Assembly: GCA_002269645.1 (NCBI GenBank)
Contig: NIVC01000166.1
Span: forward strand, 186,001-250,000
DNA length: 64,000 nt
Source of the DNA: Macrostomum lignano
Lineage: Eukaryota
Direction: 5' to 3'
The position numbers and the translations under genes are program-made. How positions within the stretch are numbered: the first letter of the stretch is position 1; each line of letters starts with the position of its first letter. Under the pieces are notes generated by a model that did no database searches, was not told the origin of the DNA, and worked only from the letters and a program-made list of their open reading frames with translations. Below are positions 1-11,635 of the stretch, piece by piece.

Positions 1-946
1 ACTCCAGTTGCTGAATATGGTAAGTGACAGAAATTGTTGAAACGAAATCAAATTCAATGCTTTATTTTTGTTTAACAGAATGCTGCACTGACTTCACAAA
101 CGATTGAACTTCTTCAACTTTTCATAGGCTCGACTAGGAGAGGGGGCTGTTCCAGTAAAATATCCTGTAAAATGCTATAATTCCATAACACTTAAAAAAA
201 GAAGAAAATACTTTTTCTTGGCTCTTTACTTGTCAACACACGGAGTAGACGACGTTCAGATAGGTAGCAAATGTGGAAACCTTGCAGTCGAAGTAGCCAT
301 GATGACCCACTCCATTTTTATACATTAATCAGCTGTCAACTCCTCAAGCTGTCTTTCATTACGGCTGTGGCTAAATTCAAATCAAGCAGGAAATGGAAAT
401 GCATAGCCAATGAACGCAGAGTTGAGGTGAATAGCTTCTACGGACTGGCTGAGACTGGACTGGTCCAGTGATGAAAAAATGTTTTATATGAAGAATATAA
501 AAACATACCTGCCTACCGACAGACCATTTTTAGTATACGGAAGTAGCGGATATCATATTAAGATGCTCGGTATCTGAAACAGAATCTAAACAGCTATTTG
601 AAAACCTCGAAAATATGGTGGTGAGTAAATTCTGCGGGGCCTGGCGCTTCTTCTTAAAACCGGGCAGAATAATTTACGATTTCATCCTTTTAAAAGCTCT
701 TCAGCCTGAATAATGACGTGGGTAAAAATTCAAAGAATAATTTCTCACATCCCTCGAAGTATAGGAATAAGATAAAATTTTAATAATCACAGGATGGCTG
801 TAAGCCACCCTGATGCCACGCCTAAGACGACAAAATCCCACAACCATCGCTGAGGGAACTCTGCCTATTCCGCTGTCTTCTGAGCACATACAGTCGCGCT
901 AATGCGACTGTATTCATCATCAATTAGAATTTAATATCCTCCATTG

Positions 947-2031
947 ACTAGACCTCCGCATCCTCATTAACTCGACCTCCGCATCCTCATCAACTAGACC
1001 TCCGCATCCTCATCAACTAGTCAGCATCCTTCATTAACTAGACCTCACCATCCTCATCAACTAGACCTCATCATCCTCATCAACTGGTCAGCATCCTCAT
1101 CAACTGGACCTCCGCATCCTCATTAACTAGACCTCCGCATCCTCATCAACTAGTCAGCATCCTTCATCAACTAGACCTCACCATCCTCATCAACTAGACC
1201 TCATCATCCTCATTAACTAGACCTCCGCATCCTCATCAACTAGACCTCCGCATCCTCATTAACTAGACCTCCGCATCCTCATCAACTAGACCTCCGCATC
1301 CTCATTAACTAGACCTCCGCATCCTCATCAACTAGACCTCCGCATCCTCATTAACTAGACCTCCGCATCCTCATCAACTAGACCTCCGCATCCTCATTAA
1401 CTAGACCTCCGCATCCTCATCAACTAGACCTCCGCATCCTCATTAACTAGACCTCCGCATCCTCATCAACTAGTCAGCATCCTTCATCAACTAGACCTCA
1501 CCATCCTCATCAACTAGACCTCATCATCCTCATTAACTAGACCTCCGCATCCTCATCAACTAGACCTCCGCATCCTCATTAACTAGACCTCCGCATCCTC
1601 ATCAACTAGACCTCCGCATCCTCATTAACTAGACCTCCGCATCCTCATCAACTAGACCTCCGCATCCTCATTAACTAGACCTCCGCATCCTCATCAACTA
1701 GACCTCCGCATCCTCATTAACTAGACCTCCGCATCCTCATTAACTAGACCTCCGCATCCTCATCAATTAGTCAGCATCCTTCATCAACTAGACCTCACCA
1801 TCCTCATCAACTAGACCTCATCATCCTCATTAACTAGACCTCCGCATCCTCATCAACTAGACCTCATCATCCTCATTAACTAGACCTCCGCATCCTCATC
1901 AACTTGACGCTCAGCATCCTTCATCAACTAGACCTCATTATATCCTCATCGACTAGTCAGCGGCCAGCATCTTTCATCAACTAGACCTCAGCATCTTTAT
2001 CAGCTAGACACTCATCATCCTTCATCAACTA
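947..2031. repeat. Tandem satellite, ~23-bp unit (AACTAGACCTCCGCATCCTCATC/T) with variant units
   Basis: The unit is directly visible and repeated over about 1.1 kb, degenerating at both ends. Confidence 0.95.
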
Positions 2032-2477
2032 CGAGTATCTAACACTTCAACGAAGTTGCTGAATCGATTCAATAAATGATATACTTAGTATATCATTGAT
2101 CAAACTCTAGACTTAATCCCAGTCTCAATAATCCCGGTTACTGAAAGATAAATTCCGTCTCTGACAGGTCAAGGACGCCAAAACAGCGTAGGCGAACTTC
2201 AATGCACTTTTAGTCTATACGCTTTTATTAACATCGAATGCAGGCCCAGCCCAAGCATGTCATAAAAGGTAATTAGATTCAGTGGACAAACAAGAATTCT
2301 ACCTACATTCGTTACAACAAAATTATCATCAATTAAAGGAACTGAGTAAACAGTCCCACGCGTTGGAAGTTCAGGCCTGCATTAGCAAATCCCACTTGAG
2401 CGTCTGCAAACTTACTCACAGAGTTAAAGGAGCTCTAAAAGCTAGTCAAATATTGTAACTCTATCCATCCATTCCAG

Positions 2478-3530
2478 TCAAACGCATCTTCGACTAGCGC
2501 ATCGCTTGAGGCCTATGAAATCTTCTACAGACTTGTGTTTTCCTGGCTCTTTCCACTGCTGATGCTGTTCGGAACCTGGGGAAATTTCTCCTGCCTGCTG
2601 GTGCTGTTAAAGAGGCCCAAGTGCTTTCCACTCTCAGTGAGGCTCAGCATGCTCATCTGTTGCGTTATCGATTTTTTACTAGTCTCTGTCAAGTCAGTGA
2701 CGCACTATCTATCCCCCAACGTGATGGGAACCATTCTAATGGTGCACGACTACAGAAAGAACACGAGCCACTTTGTGTGCATCGTTTATTACGCCGTCAC
2801 CTTCTGGCTGCTGCACGGCAGTCCCTTCATCCGGCTGGGGCTGTGCTTTCACTCGCTGGCGGTCACGCTGGCCCCGCTAAGGCAGGCCAGTCTGCTTCGG
2901 AAGCGGAATGTGATCATCTACCAGCTAGTGCTGCTCCTGCTCAGCTTTGTGCCATGCATCCGGGTAGCCAGCTCGTTCTGGTCCACCAGATCAGACCGTT
3001 GTCTGTTCCGCAACGATTCAATTGAAGTTTTCTATCGGATTTTCACTGTTTTTGTGAGCAGACTTTTTGTTGTCTGCTGTCTGCTGGTTACGCTGCTGAT
3101 TATCTTGATTAGCATGAGGCGCACGAGGCAACAACTTGGCGGCTCGGTGGTCTCTGGGGTCAGGAGCGGGCCGCAGACAAAGACTGTCACCAGCATCTTT
3201 GTTTCGACCAGTCTGATCTTTTTTGCTTGCGAAATGCCCTACAATGTGGCCAGGGCCCTGGCCAACCTAGAGCTGGTCAAGGAAAGTGTTTCCATAAAGC
3301 AGACGCTGCTCATGCTAAACAACCTGCTGTACCTGAATCCGGCGCTAAACTGGATGCCCTACCTGATTGGCCGCAAGTTTCGACGCTTGTACACCGAGTT
3401 TTACAGCTGCAACAAGTGCTGCCGAAGCAGAGCAACCAACGTCCATGGACAGAGACGCGAGCATATTCTGATGCCAGAGAGCTCTGTTCAAAGAAATAAT
3501 CTTGATAATGAGCAGGTGTACACTTACTGA
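2478..3530 (+). CDS. Class A (rhodopsin-like) peptide-type GPCR, divergent; main coding exon
   Basis: ORF 2535-3530 has seven hydrophobic segments: TM1 'LLMLFGTWGN', TM6 'LIFFACEMPY', TM7 'LYLNPALNWMPY'. The frame stays open upstream to an acceptor (ccattccAG, 2476-77), adding SNASSTSASLEAYEIFYRL with an N-glycosylation sequon. The start exon was not located. Confidence 0.75.
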   Translation, partial: SNASSTSASLEAYEIFYRLVFSWLFPLLMLFGTWGNFSCLLVLLKRPKCFPLSVRLSMLICCVIDFLLVSVKSVTHYLSPNVMGTILMVHDYRKNTSHFVCIVYYAVTFWLLHGSPFIRLGLCFHSLAVTLAPLRQASLLRKRNVIIYQLVLLLLSFVPCIRVASSFWSTRSDRCLFRNDSIEVFYRIFTVFVSRLFVVCCLLVTLLIILISMRRTRQQLGGSVVSGVRSGPQTKTVTSIFVSTSLIFFACEMPYNVARALANLELVKESVSIKQTLLMLNNLLYLNPALNWMPYLIGRKFRRLYTEFYSCNKCCRSRATNVHGQRREHILMPESSVQRNNLDNEQVYTY

Positions 3531-3893
3531 CTGCTGAGACTGAAGTAATTTCCGTGCTGTTTGATGACCATGAGCTCAAAAAGCAATTAAATAGACAGTT
3601 TGAAATCTTAAAATGTTATCTGCGAAACCATCTATTAGCTCTTACGGCAAAATATCCCCTGTAGCACCGTCCCATTCTCCTGTCTTTCTCCCATAGTGAG
3701 GAGTCTTGCTTCTATTGCAATTTTATTCTCTATGAACCCCTTTTACTCGTAGTATCATAGTTAACAGATTTGCTTGCCTCTTTCTTTTTATTTTATTTAT
3801 TTTTTACGTCATTTTATCTGCTAATAAAATGCTTCATTTTAAATGTTTTCTAATCTCTACTATTAAAACAATAATTATAAAAAATAATAATTT

Positions 3894-4140
3894 ATTACAC
3901 CTACCCTAATAGGGAGATGTCCAACCGACAACTCAGCCGCAGTTATTGCTGCGCACGGTTGTTCAGTCCAAGGACTGGGGAGTCGCCACACACCCTCAAA
4001 TACCCCAGCTAATGCTGTCACCCATTTTACAGCTGATTGAACTGAAGCAATACAGAGTTAAGTGTCTTGCTCAAGGACACAAATTGTTCCGATTGGGGTC
4101 GAGAATCGAACCCTCGACCTTTCGGTCATGAGTCCGTCCG
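3894..4140 (-). mobile_element. tRNA-derived SINE with CORE-like central domain, 5'-truncated copy
   Basis: Same sequence as the copies at 27774, 39128 and 41415. The reverse strand carries a B-box-like GGTTCGATTCTC and the block gtccttgagcaagacacttaac...cagctgtaaaatggg. Confidence 0.75.
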
Positions 4141-4797
4141 TCTCTGTACATGAGCGAGTACATGATTTCCTTTTCTCTATGTCTCCCGCCAAACTTGCGC
4201 GATCCCCCCTTCTCACCCAGTCTTCTCACCCACATTTTTCACTGTTATTACTTCTATTTCTACGATTTCACCTACAGTGTACATGCACTCACCCACTCTT
4301 TCCCCAACTGCTCACGCAACTCCCCTATTGTTGGCTCTCTTTCCCCGCCGCATACTATTTTCTTCCGTTATATTACTCTAAGTACACATCTTCATACATT
4401 GTCCTCCCTAATCCTTCCTAAGTTTCTACGTCGTAGTTGGTTCGCACAGCCTTGCACACCCCATTTGCACATTTTTTATCTACTGTTCAACCCGTTACTT
4501 TCCTATTTCCTGGTTTGCTCCTTTGTTCTCTGACCCTCTATCTCTACCGGACCCCCGAATTGCGTCACTGTCTACTCGAATGCGCCCACCTCCCTCCAAA
4601 TCTTCATTCTCCCTCATTTACGAGCGTATCACGGGTGACCCGAAAGATAAAATTTTTTTTAGAAACAGGTCAGTGACGTCAGAAGACCGGGGCCGATCAG
4701 AAAGAGGGAATCATGGCAACGACCTTTGAGAGCATCTCGTGACCAACTAAACACCTTTTGAACACCAATGAAAGTATGCGTAAGGAAGTCTAAAAAC

Positions 4798-5160
4798 CTG
4801 CCTACTGATCACCCTGATGGTGATTCTGGCTAGTGTGAAGGGCACCCGCAAGCAGCTGGGTGGCTCGGTCACCACATACGGAGGTTCACGACTTGGCTGT
4901 CAGACAAAGATCGTGACAAAAATCTTTGGCTCGAACGGCCTCATCTTCTTTGCTTGTGAGAGTCCTTACAGCATTATGAGAGCCCTGGTCAACCTGAATA
5001 CCGTAGAGGAAAGTGAAGAACTATTCGATATATGTTGTTCTCATGAATATGCTCTGGTGTACCTCAATTCCGTGCTATACTGGCTAACTCTTACCTCATC
5101 GGAATAAATTTTCGTCAGAAGTACTTGGAAATATATCGCTGCGAAAAATGTCATCATTGA
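4798..5160 (+). pseudogene. Partial, frameshifted paralogue of the upstream GPCR (TM5-C-terminus)
   Basis: 'ILASVKGTRKQLGGSV...QTKIVTKIF...LIFFACESPY' aligns with 'ILISMRRTRQQLGGSV...QTKTVTSIF...LIFFACEMPY'. After a frameshift near 5090 another frame reads YLIGINFRQKYLEIYRCEKC, matching YLIGRKFRRLYTEFYSCNKC. No N-terminal half is seen. Confidence 0.8.
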
Positions 5161-6143
5161 TAGTTTATTTTTGGAACTCTGAATACTACTTCAGATAATT
5201 CTAGAATAGGAAACTGACGTAAAAACTTGTATCTCCAGCGCATTTTTGGTGAATAGAAATGATTTCTAATGTAGGAAACAATTTCGAAAAATACGCAAAA
5301 TCGTCTGCCGTATTTAAAACAAAACATTTAAATCAGATAAAAGTAAGTAAGTTTCATAGGCGAGCTGACGATACTCATAGGCGAGCTGACGATATAGCAA
5401 GAGGCGCATGCAGTGCAAGATGTCAGGAAACAAAATAGTACATAACGAGCTACTTCATAGAAGGTGAAAAGGTTCGTATTGTCAGTGGCATTCATTTTGA
5501 AATAGCTATAAGCAAAACGAGAAACGAGTTAAAGCGCGATCAAAGTTAGTGCACCACGAAAGCAAAAGCACTATAATAGTTTTTATAGTAATTACGATGC
5601 TCTCGATTGAAGCACGAGGGTCTTTTGATGAATGAAAACAGTAGCACTTAATTCAAAATTACGTAGCTTCATTCATTTGTAGCTAGAAAAATTCCATAAT
5701 CACTTCTTGACAAATAGGTAAAGGATACAGAATAATAAAAAGCCTCTCGAGGTTAACAGGCGTCACATCGTCGACAGGTGTGAGCCACGTGCCAAAAAGT
5801 CACTGACATTAAGCAATTTAGCAGATACTCAGTCGTTTAAGTCATTTTCATAGTTTCAATCATTGCTGATTTAAAGATAGAGCGAAAGAGCTTTGACAAT
5901 TTCACAAAAACTTCTTTGCAAGTGACACTTAATTACTGAATAAATATAAATTGGCTGCTTTTATTGTTTGCAAACATGCAGAAAACTTAGTCTTTCCTTA
6001 GAGCTAGCCATGTCTAATAAAAAATAATGATGTCAAGACGTCATAATTATGAGTTCACCTATCTGTAGGTAGCAGAAAGTAGTTAAAAATTAGCATAAAG
6101 ATGTCTAATTAGTTATTTTACAATCACACAGTTTCGAAGAGGT

Positions 6144-9100
6144 CTATCGTAGAGGTGGAAACCTCAGTCTTTTCCTATTTGTCGATCGGTAGCACGCGAT
6201 CGTCCTGTTTTCATTGGTTGCTGCTGTGGTGTGCGATGCGAACGGCAACACTGACATCAGGTCGTCGTTCATCAAATCGAACTGGTTAATAAGTATGTTG
6301 CACAGCGTCGGAATGAATCTTCCAGAACACATGCTCCCTTTGACAACACTATGGATGTACAGACAGTCCTCATGTTGACCTACGTTTAGGTCGCCGACGC
6401 TTCGAGCCTCTGTTCGCGCCTGAACATTGCCTCGGTTTGCTTGAACAATAAAAACCTTGGGCTTGTTTTTCAGCTGCGGGCACATTCTGAACTGTTTGTA
6501 CACATTTTTCAGTGAGACGCGACTTCCGTCAGCTGAGTAAACGTAGCCCTGCTCTCCGTGCGACAGGATGCAAAGAACAAGGGCGTCCTCCTCAGCGTAC
6601 TCTTCTGGCTGCCGGTCAATCGTCAGGAGGTGACCGAAGGTCTCATGAGACGGGTTATTCAAGCTGAGGACGTCGAAGCCTAGCCGACTAAAGCAAATAT
6701 AAAATCTATCGTCCATGAGAGATCGCGGTGGAAGATTTGTCTCTGGTGGAAAATTAGTGACTTGTATTAGGATGGCTCTTCCGCGACGTGCACTTTGCAT
6801 CGGATAGTACGGAGAAGAATCTGGATCGTCTGGACCACCGCCATCATCGCCACCACCGCCACCACCTCCACCACCACCACCGCCACCATCGCCACCACCA
6901 CCACCGCCACCATCGCCACCACCACCACCGCCATCTCCGCCGTGGCCGTTGCCTCTGTCGCTTGGCTCCTCCACAGGAGAGTTGGATGGATCGCCGCTCT
7001 CTTCAGGTTGGTAGCCGCAGCCGGTTTCGCTATCAATACTTAATCCACTTTCGCTTCCTTCGCTTGTTGGAGCGCGCTGTAATCTAAAATTATAATATTT
7101 TTATTGCCTGTGTTTGAATACTAATCCAAAGTAACTACGAGATCAATATGCAATAGCAAATAACTTACATCAAGCGTGAACAGTTGAGGTGACCCGAAAA
7201 CTTCGCCCATTGATAAGCGTTCATATTCCTCTCTCCGGTCAGGCGCCAATAGTTCGCGTCTTTCATCAACTCTCCGAATATTTCAATGACCTCGATGTGC
7301 CCGCAGCGAGCAGCCCAGATCAGAGGTGTGTTGCCGAAGAAATCTTTCAGCCATAAATTTGCTCCGAAGTCACACAACATTTTGAAAGTTCCTGCGTGTC
7401 CCTTTTTCGCTGCGTGGACGGCAGCTGAGTATTTAAACACGTCCTGAAAAACAATTAGCATTTTCTTAGGGTTTCATTCATACCAAAAAGGTTTAAATTT
7501 TTAACCTCACCTGGCAATCTATATCAGCTTGCATTTTGATGAGCTGCTCCAAAACAGATTTCTGGTCATTTATGGCCGCCAGAATCAGAGGGGTTTGTCG
7601 AAGATTATTTTCTCTATTTACTTCTGTCGTCATAGTGCTGGCGTTGTTTCTCAATATTTTCTCAAACGCTATCAGGACTTCTTTGTGGCCTTTGAGGGCG
7701 GCCCACGAAATGGCTGTCCGGCCCATTACATCCTGGACACTGACCAGGGATGTGTCAGAATTTCTATTGAGCAGCGATAGTACCAGGTCATGTTTGCCTC
7801 TGGCGGATGCGATTGTTAGCAGAGTCTGATTCAAAATCCCAAACTTCTGGGCTGTATTCTCCTGAGATCTGCACAGGGCTGCAAGCTGCGCGTCCGACCA
7901 CTTATCCGGGGACGCAGAGCTGAATATCCTAATTTGTGATGCGATAGATGGATGTAATGGATGTGATACGAGTATCTTTCACTTTTGATAGCCCCAGATG
8001 TATAGCATTTTATTTGTCTATCTAATAAAATAACAATTAAAACATCAAATGGAATTTTATTATCAATGGTTGCTAATAAAGTTTGTACTTAAGAGATTAA
8101 AGCAGTGGTATCTGCGGATGTCTAAAACCAAGAAACAGTGACAATAACTTACTGCACATCGTCAGATGCAGCGCTATTTAAGAAGAATTTCTTGGTCAGA
8201 CTGGTGACTGCAGAAGCTTCAGTACCGAATTTTTCGGATCCACCTTTCATCTCGGGCATGCCCAGCCGCCTGTTCACCTCTGCCACCACGTTCACAATGT
8301 GCTCTTTGTTGAATTTTTCCTCTTGAACGACGGAGCATAGAACCTCAGCAAGCGATCCATTCTCTCCTAGTGAGCCACCGCGGCAGAGAAGAAAGTCTTT
8401 CTCAGGAATTTTAAACGACGTCTCTTCCAGCGGGCAGGCGTTCAGGGTTTCAGGCTGCTGCTCAGTCTGAACAAAGAAGATCTTCGGTTTGCCCTTTAGA
8501 AAGGAGCACTGGTTAACTCGGAACCTGGCCACGATGTCTCTTACTTCGACCTCTTCACCGTCGCTAGCGAAGAAGCTGGCACCGGTCCCGTGTCCGATGA
8601 TGAAGCACACGAAGCTGCCCATGTCGCGGAGATCGGACCTGACTATTTTGTTGACCGCTGCAAAGATGTCAGCGCTAGTAGGCTTACTTGTGCATGGTTG
8701 GATTGTAAAACCAAGGTTTTCGAAGGTGTCGGTAATTCTTTTAACTTCCTTCTGTTGATTGTGGCTTGAGCTGCGATTGTAGGTCTCGACACTTATTACC
8801 AAGCACAGGCCTTTTGCCGTAATGCTCTCTGCGTATATGTCGCTTTCCGGCTTGTTTGAAGTTGAACTAAATGAAAATGTGCAAAATAGATTTCCATATA
8901 TTTTCACCACAATGATTCGAAAGATTCAAATTTTAGCAAAGATTTGTGTGAAGCTGACTTACGCGACAACTTGCTCTTCGCCAATCCTAACATGCGAATG
9001 AGCCCCATCAAACTGTAGCTCATGTTCCTCTTGGCCTTCCGTTTCAAACGCAGGAACCTTGCACGTCAGTCCTCCTTGTTCTGGTTTAGAAAAATATTTA

Positions 9101-10358
9101 AGTTAGTACTAGATGTACGTCACCTGGTGCCAGTGGCCAAAATGCCAGGTCAATTCGATATTCAAGCCTTGTACGAGCTAGAAAGCCAGAAAAGTTAGGA
9201 ATCGAAAAGTCGGGAAAAACATGCATGTGATTGCTTTACCTTGATCATAAATGAGAGGATGCTTCATCAATTCGATAGCCAGCATCCGGTCACTCGGTTG
9301 TTTTTCAGTGCATTTGTTATAGAAATCTTTCAGATTAGCCGAGCAACTTTCCGGAAGCACTGGAGCCCCCTGCCGTTCCACCCGGCGAACAATGGCCAGC
9401 ATGTTCTTGCACTCCCAGTAGGGCCGTTTGGCGATCACCATCTGGTAGATCACGCAGCCGAACGCCCACACATCGGAGGCGCAGCTATAGGGAGGGTCCT
9501 CGGTCTCAGAAGACAGGAACATCTCAGGCGCCATGAAGTGCGGGTCGCCTCTCTCCCCAGTGGACGGATGCTCCGTTACTGTTTGGAGAATCTGGATGGC
9601 CAGACCGAAATTGACGATCACAATTCGATCGCCCGGACAAACGAGCACCGTCTTGCAGTTGATGTTGCGGTGAATCACCGGATCGTTGAGGCCGTGCAAA
9701 TATGAAAGGGCGTCGCATATCTGAAATCAGTCGGTGATTCAGGATTTTAATATCGTTGTTTAAATAAGAATAGTGTAAGAAAGCAGCCGAACACGTTTTT
9801 AAAATAATTGCCAATTTTTACTGTTAATTTTCTTATCCGCGTTTAAATAAGTGGTCATGGACTTCTTAGTGAAGTCGTGTATTTTTCTATTAGCTCATTA
9901 GCTCGTAGAAGTCATTAAGACCCTTCGAGTACCCTTCAAGCCCTGGCTGGGTTCATGGCAAAAAAAACTTTTGATAATGTACAATTTTGCAATTATTTAT
10001 TACGCACCTGTCTTGTAAGATTACAAATGCTCTTCTCCGGCAAGCCTTGTTGGGCGGTGATATGCCGTTCCAGAGTTACCGGTCCCGAAAGCAAGCTCAT
10101 CTGTACGGTCACGCACATCTGCTCCTTGTCCACCATGATGCGTTTGAATTTGACCACGTTTTTGTGATCCAATGCACACAGTTTCTTAGCCTCTTTGTCG
10201 CAAGCCTTAGTCAGAGTTTCTAGCTTATCATGAGCTCCAGCTTCGACAAGATGCCATGGCAGGCGGATTTGTTTTACAGCCTGCAGTTGCTCTGCCTCGC
10301 CCACCGCTTCGGCGTAAGTTTCGCCTCGATCGCCTCTCGATAGAAGCTCCCGGACCAT
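6144..10358 (-). CDS. Pseudokinase - caspase-like - 6x ankyrin - Gly-rich - caspase-like fusion protein (1095 aa), 7 exons
   Basis: Exons 10358-10008, 9720-9240, 9080-8963, 8866-8153, 7919-7511, 7443-7169, 7083-6144. All introns are GT-AG with phases 0,1,2,2,0,2, joining into one 3288-nt frame. Kinase motifs: AVK, HRN, NFG, APE, DVWAFG. Caspase motifs: IGHG/KPKIFFVQTEQ and LSHG/KPKVFIVQANRG. Ankyrin example: TPLIWAARCGH. Confidence 0.85.
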
Positions 10359-11635
10359 TGCTTGGCTTAGGGGAGAGTTTCAAAACAGTGTTTTACAGCT
10401 TCATGTGAGCTTCAAATTTACCTGCAATTTTTTGCTAGTGCAGTTAATGTTTAACTGCAGTGTCTCTGCTTAGCCGTAAGAAAGTGGCAAGGCTTTTTAA
10501 AAGCTGTCTAGCTATAGTGTCATTGGTAGCAAGCTTACTCTGCCAAATAGAGGCTTGTTTCTCTTGCCATTATAATACCTTATCTGTCTTTTCTCTTTTC
10601 TACCCCTATTTTTGTAGCGCTGTCCAATAATATTTGGTTCTGTATGAAGAATTAAGTACAGTCTAGACAAGTACTTGCGTTGTAGGGTATAGACTGGGAG
10701 AGAAGTAATCTGGGGGAGGGTTAATGTACATTAAGTACAGCACATTGCTGTCAGGCAGCATTCTGGAGAGTTTTACACACTGCTTTGCATATCAAATTGA
10801 AAAGAAAAGAAAAATAGTACAGCAAGAGTTGCATTTCATACCCATTTGTGCAAATGTTGTCTCTTGGCTCTCATGCCATTTTATAGCCAGCAATTCTTAG
10901 AACCTGATCTCGTAGCATGGAGGCTTAAAACCAACTGGTTTGTAGTTAGAAATTTGGTACCTTATTCTACTGTACAGCGCTTTCCGCTTAGCTAGCTAGT
11001 GCAGCCAGTCCCTATCTGTCCTATTTTAGAAAAAAACAGTCATTTGGTATATGAATAATAGCTAATTTCTCACTTAATAGTAGCTATATGTGAGTTCGCT
11101 ATTGGTAATTTCAACTAGCGGCCGTTGCTCACAGAAGCTAGTTGCAAACTTTTTTTGCCTGTAAAAAACTGTTGAAACATAACAACTAGTGAGAATTAAA
11201 CAATCGCAAGTGCGACTGTTTGTGGCTTAAATACAAGGTAAGAAGCTTCACGACAAGTGCTTATTTGCTAATCGTACCAGCTTTTGTAGTTTCAAGCGAC
11301 ATGTAGCCCCTGTCAGTGACTCCAGGGGGAGGCGTGGCGGGCCACATCATCCACGCCGAGTCACACTGCCCACAGGCGGAGTAGGAGGTGCTGCTGCTAG
11401 CGCTGCAAACGGGGAGGACAGACATGGGCTCGGCGCTTGTTAAACTGCCTTCTGGCAGTTTAACCGCGCACGCTCAAGCCTTCACACACGCTCTGTGACG
11501 TGACGCTGCATGATACTGTTTTATTATCGTGTATGCATATAGGCTATCTGGGGTTAAATAATTATCCTATCTGTCGCTTTGTCCGAAGATATTTACGTTG
11601 GCAAAAGACCGCAACCAATTTTCCTTTACTTCAGC
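10359..11635. promoter_or_regulatory. Shared divergent (bidirectional) upstream region with probable non-coding first exons
   Basis: 1.28 kb separates two outward-facing ATGs. The + ATG sits 2 nt after an acceptor (tttacttcAG, 11633-34), and a candidate donor AAG/gtaaga lies near 11238. Promoter activity is inferred from the layout only. Confidence 0.5.

Noticed and set aside
1-900. Possible exons or degraded coding sequence
   Set aside because: Some splice-like signals, but no consistent frame or recognisable motif.
947-2031. Possible CRISPR-like array (also the arrays at 32865 and 34265)
   Set aside because: Head-to-tail units with no unique spacers, no cas genes, and a eukaryotic context.
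6767-7087. His-rich and Thr-rich ORFs (also 16627-16867)
   Set aside because: Shadow frames of the Gly-codon repeats in the real genes.
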